This document shows, piece by piece, positions 1 to 9,259 of a DNA stretch of 64,000 bases; the first letter of the stretch is position 1; each line of letters starts with the position of its first letter. The stretch comes from a virus (Duplodnaviria > Heunggongvirae > Uroviricota > Caudoviricetes). Made by a program: the position numbers and the translations under genes. The DNA is taken from positions 61,430-125,429 of the IMG/VR virus record IMGVR_UViG_3300029305_004950, one strand, 5' to 3'. The notes beneath the pieces were generated by a model, which saw only the letters and a program-made list of their open reading frames with translations, had not been told where the DNA came from and ran no database searches.

Positions 1-70
1 AGAAGAATAGGATATCTTTATTGATATCAGTAACATTAGACATAATACTATTGTATTGAGCAAGGGTCAT
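1..70 (-). CDS. partial CDS (5' end, MTLAQYNSIMSNVTDINKDILFF...), runs off the window; probably a late gene
   Basis: AAGGAGGT RBS at about 78-86 on minus, ATG at 70, open to window edge, late promoter motif at 109-120. Confidence 0.7.
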   Translation of the reverse strand, partial: MTLAQYNSIMSNVTDINKDILFF

Positions 71-108
71 TTTTATGTAACCTCCTTTAGTGTTAATTGA
101 ATAAACTT

Positions 109-120
109 TATTGAATTGTT
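109..120 (-). promoter_or_regulatory. late promoter motif AACA-ATTCAA-TA
   Basis: matches AACA-N6-T(A/G), upstream of partial CDS. Confidence 0.6.
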
Positions 121-173
121 TTTGATATGTGTTATTAATGAAAGAAAAATAGAAAGGGGAAAAAATATATAAA

Positions 174-509
174 ATGGAAGAAACTGTTTCTTTTAAGCAA
201 TTAATCCTAAATTTGGGATTAGGATTAAATGATGGGAGACCTATAGAAATATGTTTTCTTAACAATGAAAGTCGTTCAAAACATGTAGAAATTCTAAGAA
301 ATGTATATGATATTCATTGGTATTTTGAAATTTTTAAGATTTTAAATAAAAATGAATCTAACACTTTATGGTTTAATTATAAAGCTATTAATGATGGCTA
401 TAACTGGACAGAAGATCGTTTATTTATATGTAAAGGTGGTCCTTTTCAATTATCTCCTATAGAATATAAAGAAGTAGAATATGGAAAATTTCAGAAAGTA
501 GATGATTAG
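174..509 (+). CDS. small paralog family A member 1
   Basis: N-term SFKQLILNLGLG; RBS; tandem with similar ORFs. Confidence 0.8.
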   Translation: MEETVSFKQLILNLGLGLNDGRPIEICFLNNESRSKHVEILRNVYDIHWYFEIFKILNKNESNTLWFNYKAINDGYNWTEDRLFICKGGPFQLSPIEYKEVEYGKFQKVDD

Positions 510-512
510 AAT

Positions 513-836
513 ATGGAAGAAAATAAACTAATTTCATTTAAAAAGATAATGTTTGAGTTACAATTTTCTGGTATAATTAAATCTCCAATACGTATAAGTT
601 TCTTAAATGAAGAAGAATGTATTAAGTATAAAGATATTTTAAATGATGATTATAATTGTAGATATCGTATAAATGCAAATAAAGAAAATGATAACAATTG
701 GTATAGTATTCGTACTTTACCAAAATGTTTATGGATTTATAAAGGTGATTTCTATAAACAACATTTAGGATATGCTAAAAGATATAGACAATTAGAAAAT
801 GATATTTTTATAAATACTAATTTTATATTGGAGTGA
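513..836 (+). CDS. family A member 2
   Basis: SFKKIMFELQFSGII ... YRQLENDIF. Confidence 0.85.
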   Translation: MEENKLISFKKIMFELQFSGIIKSPIRISFLNEEECIKYKDILNDDYNCRYRINANKENDNNWYSIRTLPKCLWIYKGDFYKQHLGYAKRYRQLENDIFINTNFILE

Positions 837-845
837 TATTAGAAT

Positions 846-1139
846 ATGTATGGAGTAATCAAAGAACTTACTTTTAAACAATTGATGTTAGATCTTAGTT
901 TGAATTTGATAAGCAATCCAATAACGATAAGAATGCAAAATAGTAATGAGATTGAAAGGTACATAAAAATTCTAGAAAACGATTACTCAATTCCAAAATT
1001 TATTACTATAGCAACTATAAGACAAGATAAATTCTATTATGTATACTTTAATGATATAATTATCTATATAAGAAATGAGAATAATTATGGGAGTAGTTAC
1101 GCTCAATTACCTAATGATACTTTCATTGAAATCTACTAA
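846..1139 (+). CDS. family A member 3
   Basis: TFKQLMLDLSL ... YAQLPNDTF. Confidence 0.85.
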   Translation: MYGVIKELTFKQLMLDLSLNLISNPITIRMQNSNEIERYIKILENDYSIPKFITIATIRQDKFYYVYFNDIIIYIRNENNYGSSYAQLPNDTFIEIY

Positions 1140-1159
1140 TAAAAAAGAGGTATTTAGTC

Positions 1160-1492
1160 ATGTCTAGAAAAAATAGAAAAATCTATACAATTGATAAACT
1201 AGTTTTTGATGTAGTAATTGGTAATAAGGATAAAGTTACTATTAAGTTTTTAACTAATGAGTATTGTAAACATTGTGCAAGTACTTTAATAAGAGAAGGT
1301 AAATGTAATTGTATATCTGTAGGTAAGAAAAATATTAGAGACTCATTACAGATATACATACATGATAGAACTAATGAAACTATTATTAGTTGGTATGATG
1401 AAAATTGTTATAAGTATGTTGATTACATTCAGATTGGTTACAATCGATTTATTAAAAATAAATATAAATGGGGTGATCCTTTTGCCTATTAA
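1160..1492 (+). CDS. family A member 4
   Basis: TIDKLVFDVVIG ... YIQIGYNRF; GAGGT RBS. Confidence 0.8.
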   Translation: MSRKNRKIYTIDKLVFDVVIGNKDKVTIKFLTNEYCKHCASTLIREGKCNCISVGKKNIRDSLQIYIHDRTNETIISWYDENCYKYVDYIQIGYNRFIKNKYKWGDPFAY

Positions 1493-1811
1493 ATATTATA
1501 CTATAGAACAGATAGTTTTTGATTTTTTATTAGGTGTTAATAAAAATAACAAAATAAAAATCAAATGTATGTCTAACAAAAGTTGTAAAAAACTTAAACG
1601 TCTATTAGTTGAAAAATATGATTTTATAAACAAAAATTTTGAAATTTTCCCTACAAATACATTATTAATAGCAAAATTTTTAAATATCTTTATAGTATCT
1701 AAATATAGTACTCGTCAACGTTATAATTTTGATTATTTTCAAATTGATGAAAATTGCTTTATATCAGAATATGATTACTACATAAACTATTTAAGAAAAG
1801 GGGATCAATAA
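1482..1811 (+). CDS. family A member 5 (start revised to TTG 1482)
   Basis: GGGGTGA RBS before TTG; TIEQIVFDFLLG ... YFQIDENCF. Confidence 0.75.
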   Translation: MPIKYYTIEQIVFDFLLGVNKNNKIKIKCMSNKSCKKLKRLLVEKYDFINKNFEIFPTNTLLIAKFLNIFIVSKYSTRQRYNFDYFQIDENCFISEYDYYINYLRKGDQ

Positions 1812-1814
1812 TAC

Positions 1815-2201
1815 GTGTATGATTATAAAGCTAAACCATCGAAAAGATATACTTTTAAAGAAATAGTTTTCAAATTTATGATTAGTGATAAAAGTAATCT
1901 TATTATTCAATTTCCATGTACTCTTAGAGTCATTCAGTATTTTCAAGAAGCAAACGCATTATATGGATTTAATGATGTATTAAAAATAGATTTTGTAACT
2001 AATGAATTATTATTTGATATAGCAAATAACATTTTTAATAATGAGATAGAACAATTTCTTATTTTAAATAAAAATAGAAATTGTTTTATCTCAAACATTA
2101 AATATAGACTTGCTATAGATTATATATTTGATAAAGAAGATTCCTTTTATGAACCAATAACTCATTTTCTTAATGGAGAAATTGCTAATGGAAACATTTA
2201 G
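1815..2201 (+). CDS. family A member 6
   Basis: TFKEIVFKFMIS motif. Confidence 0.75.
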   Translation: MYDYKAKPSKRYTFKEIVFKFMISDKSNLIIQFPCTLRVIQYFQEANALYGFNDVLKIDFVTNELLFDIANNIFNNEIEQFLILNKNRNCFISNIKYRLAIDYIFDKEDSFYEPITHFLNGEIANGNI

Positions 2202-2469
2202 TCTTAAAAGAATACTTTTTGATATACAATTATTGGATTATAAAGCCATAACTATTAAGTGTCAATCTTATACTAACGCAATAAAAGTTGCAAATACTAT
2301 AAGAAAAATCACAGAGTATACAGTTTTTTCTGAAGGTGTTGGATTTGACTGTTTAGTAGTTTACAAAGATGGTCCATTTAATGTATTTGATACAATTATA
2401 CATCCACATGGAAAACCTACATATTTTCAATTAGAAGAAGATAGTTTTACAAAACTTAATGACTTATAG
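2188..2469 (+). CDS. family A member 7 (start revised to 2188)
   Basis: GGAG RBS; SLKRILFDIQL ... YFQLEEDSF. Confidence 0.8.
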   Translation: METFSLKRILFDIQLLDYKAITIKCQSYTNAIKVANTIRKITEYTVFSEGVGFDCLVVYKDGPFNVFDTIIHPHGKPTYFQLEEDSFTKLNDL

Positions 2470-2488
2470 AAAGAATAGGTTTTTAGTT

Positions 2489-2938
2489 ATGGAAGAGAAT
2501 ACTTGTTCGTTTAGACAAATCATGTTTGAGATTCAATCAGGTATAGTTGAAGAAGCTGTTGTAAACTTTCCAACTATGAAAAAACTAGTAAAATTTACTG
2601 AATTAATAGAAGAAAACTATGGAATTATTGACATTGATAGTTGTAAGTATATGTCTTCTCCAGAGAAACTTTTTAAGTTACAAATTCTAGATAAAAAAAA
2701 TAAAGCTAAATGTGATTACATGTTTTCAACTGGATTATTTAGTATTTTACTTAGTAAAGAAAATGGAATAATTACATGGCGTTATAGTGTATTATTTATG
2801 CCATTTATAACTAATTATAAGCAATTAGATAATGATCTATTTGAAAAACAAGAAAAATACACTATAGATGAATATAAGGAAAAACTAAATCAAAGAAGGA
2901 ATTATAAACATGGAGGAAAAAGTTTACTTAACACTTAA
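2489..2938 (+). CDS. family A member 8 (start revised to 2489)
   Basis: SFRQIMFEIQSGIV ... YKQLDNDLF. Confidence 0.8.
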   Translation: MEENTCSFRQIMFEIQSGIVEEAVVNFPTMKKLVKFTELIEENYGIIDIDSCKYMSSPEKLFKLQILDKKNKAKCDYMFSTGLFSILLSKENGIITWRYSVLFMPFITNYKQLDNDLFEKQEKYTIDEYKEKLNQRRNYKHGGKSLLNT

Positions 2939-3401
2939 ACAGGTATTGTTTGAGTTTATGTTAAATGGTGATAAACCTATATTATTATTGATCTTTAAAG
3001 ATTATAAACAAACTAAGAAACATATAGATCATTTATTTAAAGAATTTGATATACGAAATAAGAATGATTTTTCCTGTTTTTATTCAGAAGATTTTATTAA
3101 TATATTAGATGACTTTAATCCAAATTCAAAATCTGAATTTATGTTCAAGATGTTTGATTATATAGGTATAAAGTATCCAGACAACCAAGTTATAACATTA
3201 GTAAAAAAGAATACTAATGAACTATCAATGTATTATGTTGATAATAGTAGAGATTTACCACGTTACAAGAACTATCATATTTATGTAGAAGAATTGGATA
3301 ATGGTTTTATAGACTATAGTAATGAAGAAAGTTTGACAGTTATTAATGGATTACTGTATGAAAAAGGAGTGAAAATAGATTTTACATGGAGTCTATCGTA
3401 A
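2910..3401 (+). CDS. family A member 9
   Basis: TLKQVLFEFML ... ELDNGF. Confidence 0.8.
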   Translation: MEEKVYLTLKQVLFEFMLNGDKPILLLIFKDYKQTKKHIDHLFKEFDIRNKNDFSCFYSEDFINILDDFNPNSKSEFMFKMFDYIGIKYPDNQVITLVKKNTNELSMYYVDNSRDLPRYKNYHIYVEELDNGFIDYSNEESLTVINGLLYEKGVKIDFTWSLS

Positions 3402-3961
3402 TGGAAAAGTTTAAAACTGAAAATACTATGATTAGAAAACTTAAAGATGAAAATGGTCATGACTATGTAAGCCTAACTATAGATGATCCTAATTTCAATG
3501 AAAAGGTCACATTAAAGAATATAGTATTTAATGCAACCTTTAGTAACTATAACTACTATATAGTTTTTGATAAAGTACCAAGTAAAGAAGAAATTAGAAA
3601 TTTTGTTAGTACATTTAAGAATGATTTTAATTTAGATATTGGATTTAATGTCCATAATACGTTTGATAGTAGCAATGGTGCTAATAGACTAAACATGAAA
3701 GGTATATTCTCGATCTTTAATAGTGAAAGAGAATATAAAAAGACTGATACTGGTTATAAGTTTCTTATAAACGATAAAAGATACTTTACTTTAGTTCTGA
3801 GAATTGGTCGTGGAACTACTGAAACATTAAGTTGTAAGTTTACTCCGATGGTTAAATACAGCCATTATTCTTATTCAAAAACTGATTTCTATACTCAATT
3901 AAACTATAACTTGAATACATATGACAATGTAACTTTTATAGATTTCAAAAATATCATATAG
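3401..3961 (+). CDS. family A member 10 (N-terminally extended)
   Basis: TAATG coupling; internal TLKNIVFN ... YTQLNYN. Confidence 0.75.
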   Translation: MEKFKTENTMIRKLKDENGHDYVSLTIDDPNFNEKVTLKNIVFNATFSNYNYYIVFDKVPSKEEIRNFVSTFKNDFNLDIGFNVHNTFDSSNGANRLNMKGIFSIFNSEREYKKTDTGYKFLINDKRYFTLVLRIGRGTTETLSCKFTPMVKYSHYSYSKTDFYTQLNYNLNTYDNVTFIDFKNII

Positions 3962-3973
3962 GAGATTTCTAAT

Positions 3974-4507
3974 ATGGAATTAAATACTATAAAAGATATA
4001 AAACTCTATACTTATAAGATAACAAATGAGAACTTTGGTGAAGAATTTCGTTTTAAAAAGTTTCTTTTCGATTTACAAATTGAAGATAGACAAAAACGTT
4101 TTTGCATAGTATTTGATGAAATACCTTCTTTAATAAAACTTATAAGATTTATCAATAGATTTAAAAAACATTATAAAGTAATTATTTGTAAAGAAGAGCC
4201 TTATAGTGAGTTTTCTAAAGATATCTTTAAACATCTATTACAATTTCAGAAAAAATTGATAGAAGAAAGAAAATTTAGAAAGATAGAAAAATTAGATGAT
4301 TATAACTCTTATAAAGTTTTTATAAATGATAAAAGAGTTTATAATACTATGCTTTCATTTGCTATAAACTTACAAGATAGTAATGAAATTCTAATTGATA
4401 TATGTAAAATTTGGAATGGACCAATTTCTAGTAGTTATGAAATATTTAGAAACTACATTTCTAGATCTAATTCTTCAATTGTAAGATTTAGTGATATCCA
4501 ATTCTAA
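3974..4507 (+). CDS. family A member 11 (N-terminally extended)
   Basis: GGAGA RBS; internal RFKKFLFDLQI. Confidence 0.8.
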   Translation: MELNTIKDIKLYTYKITNENFGEEFRFKKFLFDLQIEDRQKRFCIVFDEIPSLIKLIRFINRFKKHYKVIICKEEPYSEFSKDIFKHLLQFQKKLIEERKFRKIEKLDDYNSYKVFINDKRVYNTMLSFAINLQDSNEILIDICKIWNGPISSSYEIFRNYISRSNSSIVRFSDIQF

Positions 4508-4510
4508 TAA

Positions 4511-4557
4511 AGTTCCTTAATACCATCATCAGGTATTAAGGAACTATTTTTTTTTTT
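4511..4557 (+). terminator. intrinsic terminator
   Basis: 14-bp stem AGTTCCTTAATACC/GGTATTAAGGAACT followed by long T run. Confidence 0.9.
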
Positions 4558-4990
4558 ACTTAAGTTGTTCTAAGTGAGATTCATAATCAATCTTAGTTGT
4601 TTTAATAGTACTATCGTGGAACTGTTTCATTGACTTTTGCATGATCGTACTAGCTATACGGTCAGCTATTAAGCCTAGATTCTTCATTTCTAGTCTGTAG
4701 TAAAGCTCACCTGCACACTTACTACAAATTTTATCATTAATACAGTATAAAGGAGAACGAATCTTTATTTTTTTACCGATATACTGTTTTACATTGTCAG
4801 CGTCTAATAAGACTAGTTTACCTTGAGGATCTTCAATCCAACGTAATAGGAATAGGCCCTTATTCTTATCGGTTAAAGTCATTTCAAGATATTTCTTAGT
4901 ACCACAGTCAGAATCTTTTTCATCTAGCATTAGGTGTTGATAGCCTGAACGACTTTGCTTAACTAAATAACCGCCGACCTCAGTGTTCTT
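4556..4990 (-). CDS. rpoC: RNA polymerase beta' C-terminal subunit, exon 2
   Basis: NTEVGGYL..DCGT..RSPLYC..CSKC..SMKQFH parallels RpoC KTANSGYL..DCGT..RS..C..CAHC..TMRTFH (bridge helix end, Zn site, trigger loop). Confidence 0.9.
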   Translation of the reverse strand, partial: KNTEVGGYLVKQSRSGYQHLMLDEKDSDCGTKKYLEMTLTDKNKGLFLLRWIEDPQGKLVLLDADNVKQYIGKKIKIRSPLYCINDKICSKCAGELYYRLEMKNLGLIADRIASTIMQKSMKQFHDSTIKTTKIDYESHLEQLK

Positions 4991-5202
4991 CATTTACTTT
5001 TTGTATAGATTCATTAAGTCTATACTATACAACTTTAGATTTCTCTAAAGATAAGACTATATCTTTACTAGAAACTAGTATTTCTTATTACGAATCTATT
5101 TAGATTCTTTATAGTCGTTGAACTTATAAATAAGTTGCTGATTAAGTATTGTTTTATACTCTTCCAGCAATTAAAGAAATTAAGAGCCAAGACTAATAAT
5201 TT
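4991..5202 (-). mobile_element. group I (IA-type) self-splicing intron, 212 nt, no ORF
   Basis: P1 AGAGCU/GGCUCU with U.G at the 5' splice site; AAUUGCUGGAA, AAUCAGCAA, UCAACGACUA and AAGAUAUAGUCU core elements; P3, P7.1, P8, P9 stems; terminal G; splicing restores the frame. Confidence 0.93.
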
Positions 5203-5976
5203 AGCTCTCGCATAAGTACCTGCAGTTAGGATATTTGCATAGATATGGAAATCTTCCTTGGGAATACCATCAACAAGTGAAGCCATAGAAGCTTCAAATT
5301 TACTAGGGTCAGTAAAATTCATTACTGAACCACGCATTAAGCAACTGTTCTTATAGTTGTTATCAAAACTACCTCTAGCTCCAGATGCATAGATCTGATA
5401 ACCAGGAATGTCCTCAACTTTTTTCTTAGATGCTTTTAATAACTCTTGTTCTATATTGAAGATAGTACTTACATCGTTATTTTGTACTCCTTCTTTATTT
5501 TCCTCAATTAGTCTCTTTTTCATCTCTAAGATATCATCATCAACAATAAACATCTTAGTATCTAATGAAGGTACAATAAAGTAAGTACAACTATAAGCTA
5601 ACCAGTTACATTGATCGAAGTAAAAATGCATATCTTCCATAGTAATCTTTTTAGTTAATAAACATTCATCAATAATCTTCTGGTCTAGATTCTTCATTGT
5701 TTTCTTAGTGATTATAGTGTCTTGATAACCAATTAGTCCTATAATCTTAGGTTCTAGTAGACACTTATTTACTATAAAGCGACCAACAGTGGTAGTAACT
5801 AATCTATCGTTATAATACTCTTTAGCATTTAGTTGTAGTTTGTCATTAGGTTCAAACTTAGCTTTAGGATTCTTTTGTGAAACTGCAAATAAATCCTTTA
5901 GTAAATCTAGAGAAAAATCTTCTTGTTTTAAAGAAAGCAAGTATTTCTTTTCTTCTTCAGTTATAATTCTTGACAA
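5203..5976 (-). CDS. rpoC: RNA polymerase beta' C-terminal subunit, exon 1 (spliced product about 402 aa; probably virion RNAP)
   Basis: TTTVGRFIVN, ASGARGS and bridge-helix start AGTYARA match RpoC; TTG start with AGAAGGTG RBS; late promoter upstream. Confidence 0.88.
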
Positions 5977-6009
5977 TTTGTATTCACCTTCTTTTAAGTT
6001 TTATATGAT

Positions 6010-6021
6010 TAATGCATTGTT
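6010..6021 (-). promoter_or_regulatory. late promoter motif AACA-ATGCAT-TA
   Basis: upstream of beta' gene. Confidence 0.65.
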
Positions 6022-6063
6022 TTTGGCTTATAAAAACATTAAAAAGTTAAACTCTTATACAAA

Positions 6064-6075
6064 CATATATTCTAA
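6064..6075 (+). promoter_or_regulatory. early promoter motif CATATATTCTAA
   Basis: recurrent motif upstream of accessory operons. Confidence 0.6.
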
Positions 6076-6119
6076 TCTTAGTAAAATGCTAACAAATGAA
6101 AGGAGTTTAAGTAATACAA

Positions 6120-7067
6120 ATGGCTACAAAGAAAACACAAAAGCAAAAAGAATTCGATATGCTAATCAAATACGATGGTGATAAGAATGAGTTTACTAGT
6201 AAAGTTGATCTAAGCAATATAAAATTCATCAGAGAAAATCAAGATAAGATTAGTTGGTATGTACTATCTCAAAGAAAACTAACTAATGAGATTATTGAGG
6301 AGTTTTGGGATGAAATAAAGAGATATCTATCTTATGATAAAGAATTTTGGAATTTTAAAATCGATATACTAAAAGCTATTAGAGAAGTTTTCCATTGGTA
6401 TAGTTTTAATTTTCATAATGTAAATCCTTTAAGATTTTCATTAGATTTTTATAAGGAATTTGAAAGAGAATTAGATCCATATATTCAAAGTGTATCATGT
6501 GATAATCGACCTATTACTTTACTACCAGAGGAAACATTGGATTATCTTGTATTAGAAAAGAAAAATGAAAGAGTGATTAGTGTTCTTTCTAGTACTTCAA
6601 ATATCAGTATTTACTATATCGAAAAATACAAAAATGTACTTGATTGGAGTAAACTATCAACTTATTCAGTTGAATTATGCAAATCTAAGAACTTTAAGAA
6701 ATATGAAGAGTATATTGACATTGCTAGTTTTGCTTCATTAAAAACCATAACTAACGATTACTATACAAGTGGATCTTTTATTCTAAGCAAACTAAATATG
6801 GTATTAACTGAAGATTTTCTATTAAAATATAAAAACGCTATAGATTGGAAAGAAATAATCTACTGGGAAAGTTATAGAACTAATAGCAAAATAGAAAATA
6901 GCAAACTCAAAATAGTTTCTAGTGATTTCTTTAAAACACATAAAGATGAATTACCTGAAGAGGCTATTATTGAAATTGAAAACTGCATTAAAAATTTTGG
7001 ATATGATGAAGAAACACTGCATTATGGTGGACTTAGATATACATTACACTATAGATGGATTTTTTAA
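6120..7067 (+). CDS. tryptophan-repeat family protein, paralog 1
   Basis: repeated I/LDW..LS and EDFLLKYK..IDW units; colinear with next ORF. Confidence 0.7.
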   Translation: MATKKTQKQKEFDMLIKYDGDKNEFTSKVDLSNIKFIRENQDKISWYVLSQRKLTNEIIEEFWDEIKRYLSYDKEFWNFKIDILKAIREVFHWYSFNFHNVNPLRFSLDFYKEFERELDPYIQSVSCDNRPITLLPEETLDYLVLEKKNERVISVLSSTSNISIYYIEKYKNVLDWSKLSTYSVELCKSKNFKKYEEYIDIASFASLKTITNDYYTSGSFILSKLNMVLTEDFLLKYKNAIDWKEIIYWESYRTNSKIENSKLKIVSSDFFKTHKDELPEEAIIEIENCIKNFGYDEETLHYGGLRYTLHYRWIF

Positions 7068-7085
7068 AGAATAGGAGTTAAAAAC

Positions 7086-8006
7086 ATGGCATCTAAAAAG
7101 AGAACAGCTAAACAAAAAGAATTTGATCTACTTCTAAAACATGCAGATAACATTGATGAGTTTACAAAAAGAGTAAAAACAACAGATGTTGAAATCATTA
7201 GAAAATATAGAGATAAACTAAATTGGTGGAATATTGTTACTCGAAAGACCTTAACTAATGAATTCATTGAGGAATTTTGGGAAGATATGGAATCACATAT
7301 TGAAAAAGTTCGTGTTAATCCATATATGAATATGGAATTCCTAAAGACAAATAGAAACTATATAGATTGGCGATACTTTGTATATGATAGTAGTGGTTCT
7401 AGATTTACTGTAGATTTCATTGAAGGATTTAAGGAAGAATTAAGACCTTACTTTAGAATAATGATTTCAAAAACATATCTACCTAAAGAAAGTAGAGATT
7501 ATCTTCTTAATGAAGAACAGAATAATCAAGATATGTATATGCAAATGTCTAAAAGCTATATTATTAAACCAGATGCTATTGAAAAATATAAAGATTTCTT
7601 AGATTGGGATTTATTATCTAAAAATGCTAGATGCTTACTTAATGACAAGTATTTTAAGATGTATCAAGATAGAATCAATCTATATGAATATACAAGTCTT
7701 AATATTCGTTATGGTGATTCCTATGAAGCATTTTTAAAGCGTGTTAAGAAAGTAGTAAACGAAGATTTTCTTCTAAAGTATAAGATTGCAAATCTGAATT
7801 GGCATGATATTATCCATTGTAATAGTCATAGATTAAATAGAGATATAAAAGATGGTAATGTAACTCTACCTTTAGATTTCTTTAAGAAATATAAGGATCA
7901 GTTACCTTACGATGTACAAGTTTCCTATAAGAGATTTATAGAAAACTATAAGTTTGAACAATCTAAAACATATCCTTATTTCTATGGAATTCCTTGGGAA
8001 TTCTAA
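7086..8006 (+). CDS. tryptophan-repeat family protein, paralog 2
   Basis: KQKEFDL N-terminus, LNW/IDW/LDW repeats, EDFLLKYK. Confidence 0.7.
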   Translation: MASKKRTAKQKEFDLLLKHADNIDEFTKRVKTTDVEIIRKYRDKLNWWNIVTRKTLTNEFIEEFWEDMESHIEKVRVNPYMNMEFLKTNRNYIDWRYFVYDSSGSRFTVDFIEGFKEELRPYFRIMISKTYLPKESRDYLLNEEQNNQDMYMQMSKSYIIKPDAIEKYKDFLDWDLLSKNARCLLNDKYFKMYQDRINLYEYTSLNIRYGDSYEAFLKRVKKVVNEDFLLKYKIANLNWHDIIHCNSHRLNRDIKDGNVTLPLDFFKKYKDQLPYDVQVSYKRFIENYKFEQSKTYPYFYGIPWEF

Positions 8007-8010
8007 AAAT

Positions 8011-8050
8011 AAAAAGAGAAATACTCTATTGTGAGTATTTCTCTTTTTTT
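8011..8050. terminator. bidirectional intrinsic terminator
   Basis: AAAAAGAGAAATACTC/GAGTATTTCTCTTTTT between convergent genes. Confidence 0.9.
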
Positions 8051-8052
8051 AA

Positions 8053-8436
8053 TTACATCTTTCTCTGAATGGGAATAGACTTAGTTTCAGGCTTCTTAAA
8101 CACGATATCTACAATAAGAATACCGTTTCTAGTTTTCCATTCAATGTTACTAATTCTAGATTCCATAATGGTAAAACGAGAATCAATAGAATAAGTATTT
8201 CCTAATTCTTCATCAGTACAAGTACCCTTAATGACTAAGTAAGAAAAACCATTATCTTTACTTTCAATAGATAATTTAATAAAAGCTTCAGGAATACCAA
8301 TACAGTTATGAATAATAGTAGTACGATCTTCATGCTTTACGATTTCATAGTAATCGTTATTTATACTAGGATTAGTAGTCTTATGTTCACTATCAGCATT
8401 TTCTAGTAAACTATTTATCAAAGAATTAAGATCCAT
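8053..8436 (-). CDS. small heat-shock (Hsp20/alpha-crystallin) protein; start revised to 8436
   Basis: GGAGGT RBS; LVIKG, RNGILIV and C-terminal IPI motif. Confidence 0.7.
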   Translation of the reverse strand: MDLNSLINSLLENADSEHKTTNPSINNDYYEIVKHEDRTTIIHNCIGIPEAFIKLSIESKDNGFSYLVIKGTCTDEELGNTYSIDSRFTIMESRISNIEWKTRNGILIVDIVFKKPETKSIPIQRKM

Positions 8437-8520
8437 ATTCAAATACCTCCAAAAATAGAATAATTCTATATGTCTATTAATCAGTTTCATTATAGTTTAA
8501 AGTATAAAAATTTTTTTATC

Positions 8521-8532
8521 TATATATTCTTA
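8521..8532 (+). promoter_or_regulatory. early promoter motif TATATATTCTTA
   Basis: heads the family B array. Confidence 0.65.
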
Positions 8533-8558
8533 AAGTAAGAATAGGAGGAATGAAACAT

Positions 8559-8915
8559 ATGACAAATAATGAAAGAATAGCTAAAAGATTTCAATTTGAT
8601 TTAGAAATGGATATATTTAAAGATACAAGTTATATAAACTCAATAAGAACCTATTACTTTAAGATTTCTAATAAAAAAGAAGTTGAATTAATGGATTTTG
8701 TTTTAGGTAAATTACTACACTTTGAAAATTTTTATGAAAAGCGTTATAAAGATAAAGTATCATCAGAATCATTATTTGAAGATGGAAGAGAATATGTAGT
8801 TTTAAGTATTGTGATATTAGATAATGATAAAAAAATCTATAATTTTTCAAAATACACCGACGAGTACTTTAATGAATTACCAGATTACATAAAGGAAGTG
8901 GAGATAGAAGAATGA
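8559..8915 (+). CDS. small paralog family B member 1 (start 8559)
   Basis: MTNNERIAKRFQFDLEM ... NELPDY; RBS spacing favours 8559. Confidence 0.85.
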   Translation: MTNNERIAKRFQFDLEMDIFKDTSYINSIRTYYFKISNKKEVELMDFVLGKLLHFENFYEKRYKDKVSSESLFEDGREYVVLSIVILDNDKKIYNFSKYTDEYFNELPDYIKEVEIEE

Positions 8916-9259
8916 CAAATAATGAAAGAATAGCTAAAAGATTTCAATTTGATTTAGAAATGGGTAGATTTAAAAGCTTCAGAAGAAATAACTATCAAAA
9001 TCAAATCCTATTTAGTATTAATACTCAAGAAGATTATGATAAAGTAAACGATCTTATATGGCATAAGATGCGAGGTATTCTAATTGGTAATCAAAATAGT
9101 GAGTTTACTAAAAGTGAAAATCTAATTTGTTGTGTCAATATTGATATAAAATCTAATTTCTTTTACTTCTGTAACTTTTCAATAACTACTAATGATAAAC
9201 ATCGTTATCTTAATGAAATGCCAGATTACATAAAGGAATGGGAAATAAGAAATGACTAA
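8912..9259 (+). CDS. family B member 2
   Basis: first 52 nt identical to member 1; NEMPDY. Confidence 0.85.
   Translation: MTNNERIAKRFQFDLEMGRFKSFRRNNYQNQILFSINTQEDYDKVNDLIWHKMRGILIGNQNSEFTKSENLICCVNIDIKSNFFYFCNFSITTNDKHRYLNEMPDYIKEWEIRND

Noticed and set aside
111-139. Host sigmaA promoter (TTGAAT-N16-TATTAA) driving family A
   Set aside because: Weak match in very AT-rich DNA that overlaps the divergent late motif; cannot be distinguished from chance
5068-5202. C-terminal 44 aa of the ORF-track 302-aa protein, and the ATG start of the 145-aa ORF
   Set aside because: Both lie inside the group I intron; the ATG's G is the intron's terminal G
5840-6181. Antisense or overlapping ORF-track entries (5840, 7064, 8668, 10629, 11325, 14736, 17752, 18049, 19225, 19490, 20120, 21936, 22247, 22905, 23009, 24308, 25613, 31026, 33453, 33595, 34899, 35037, 35086, 35551, 36925, 38211, 43217, 47476, 47532, 55708, 56479, 60557)
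   Set aside because: They overlap better-supported genes on the opposite strand or frame, lack an RBS and look like shadow translations
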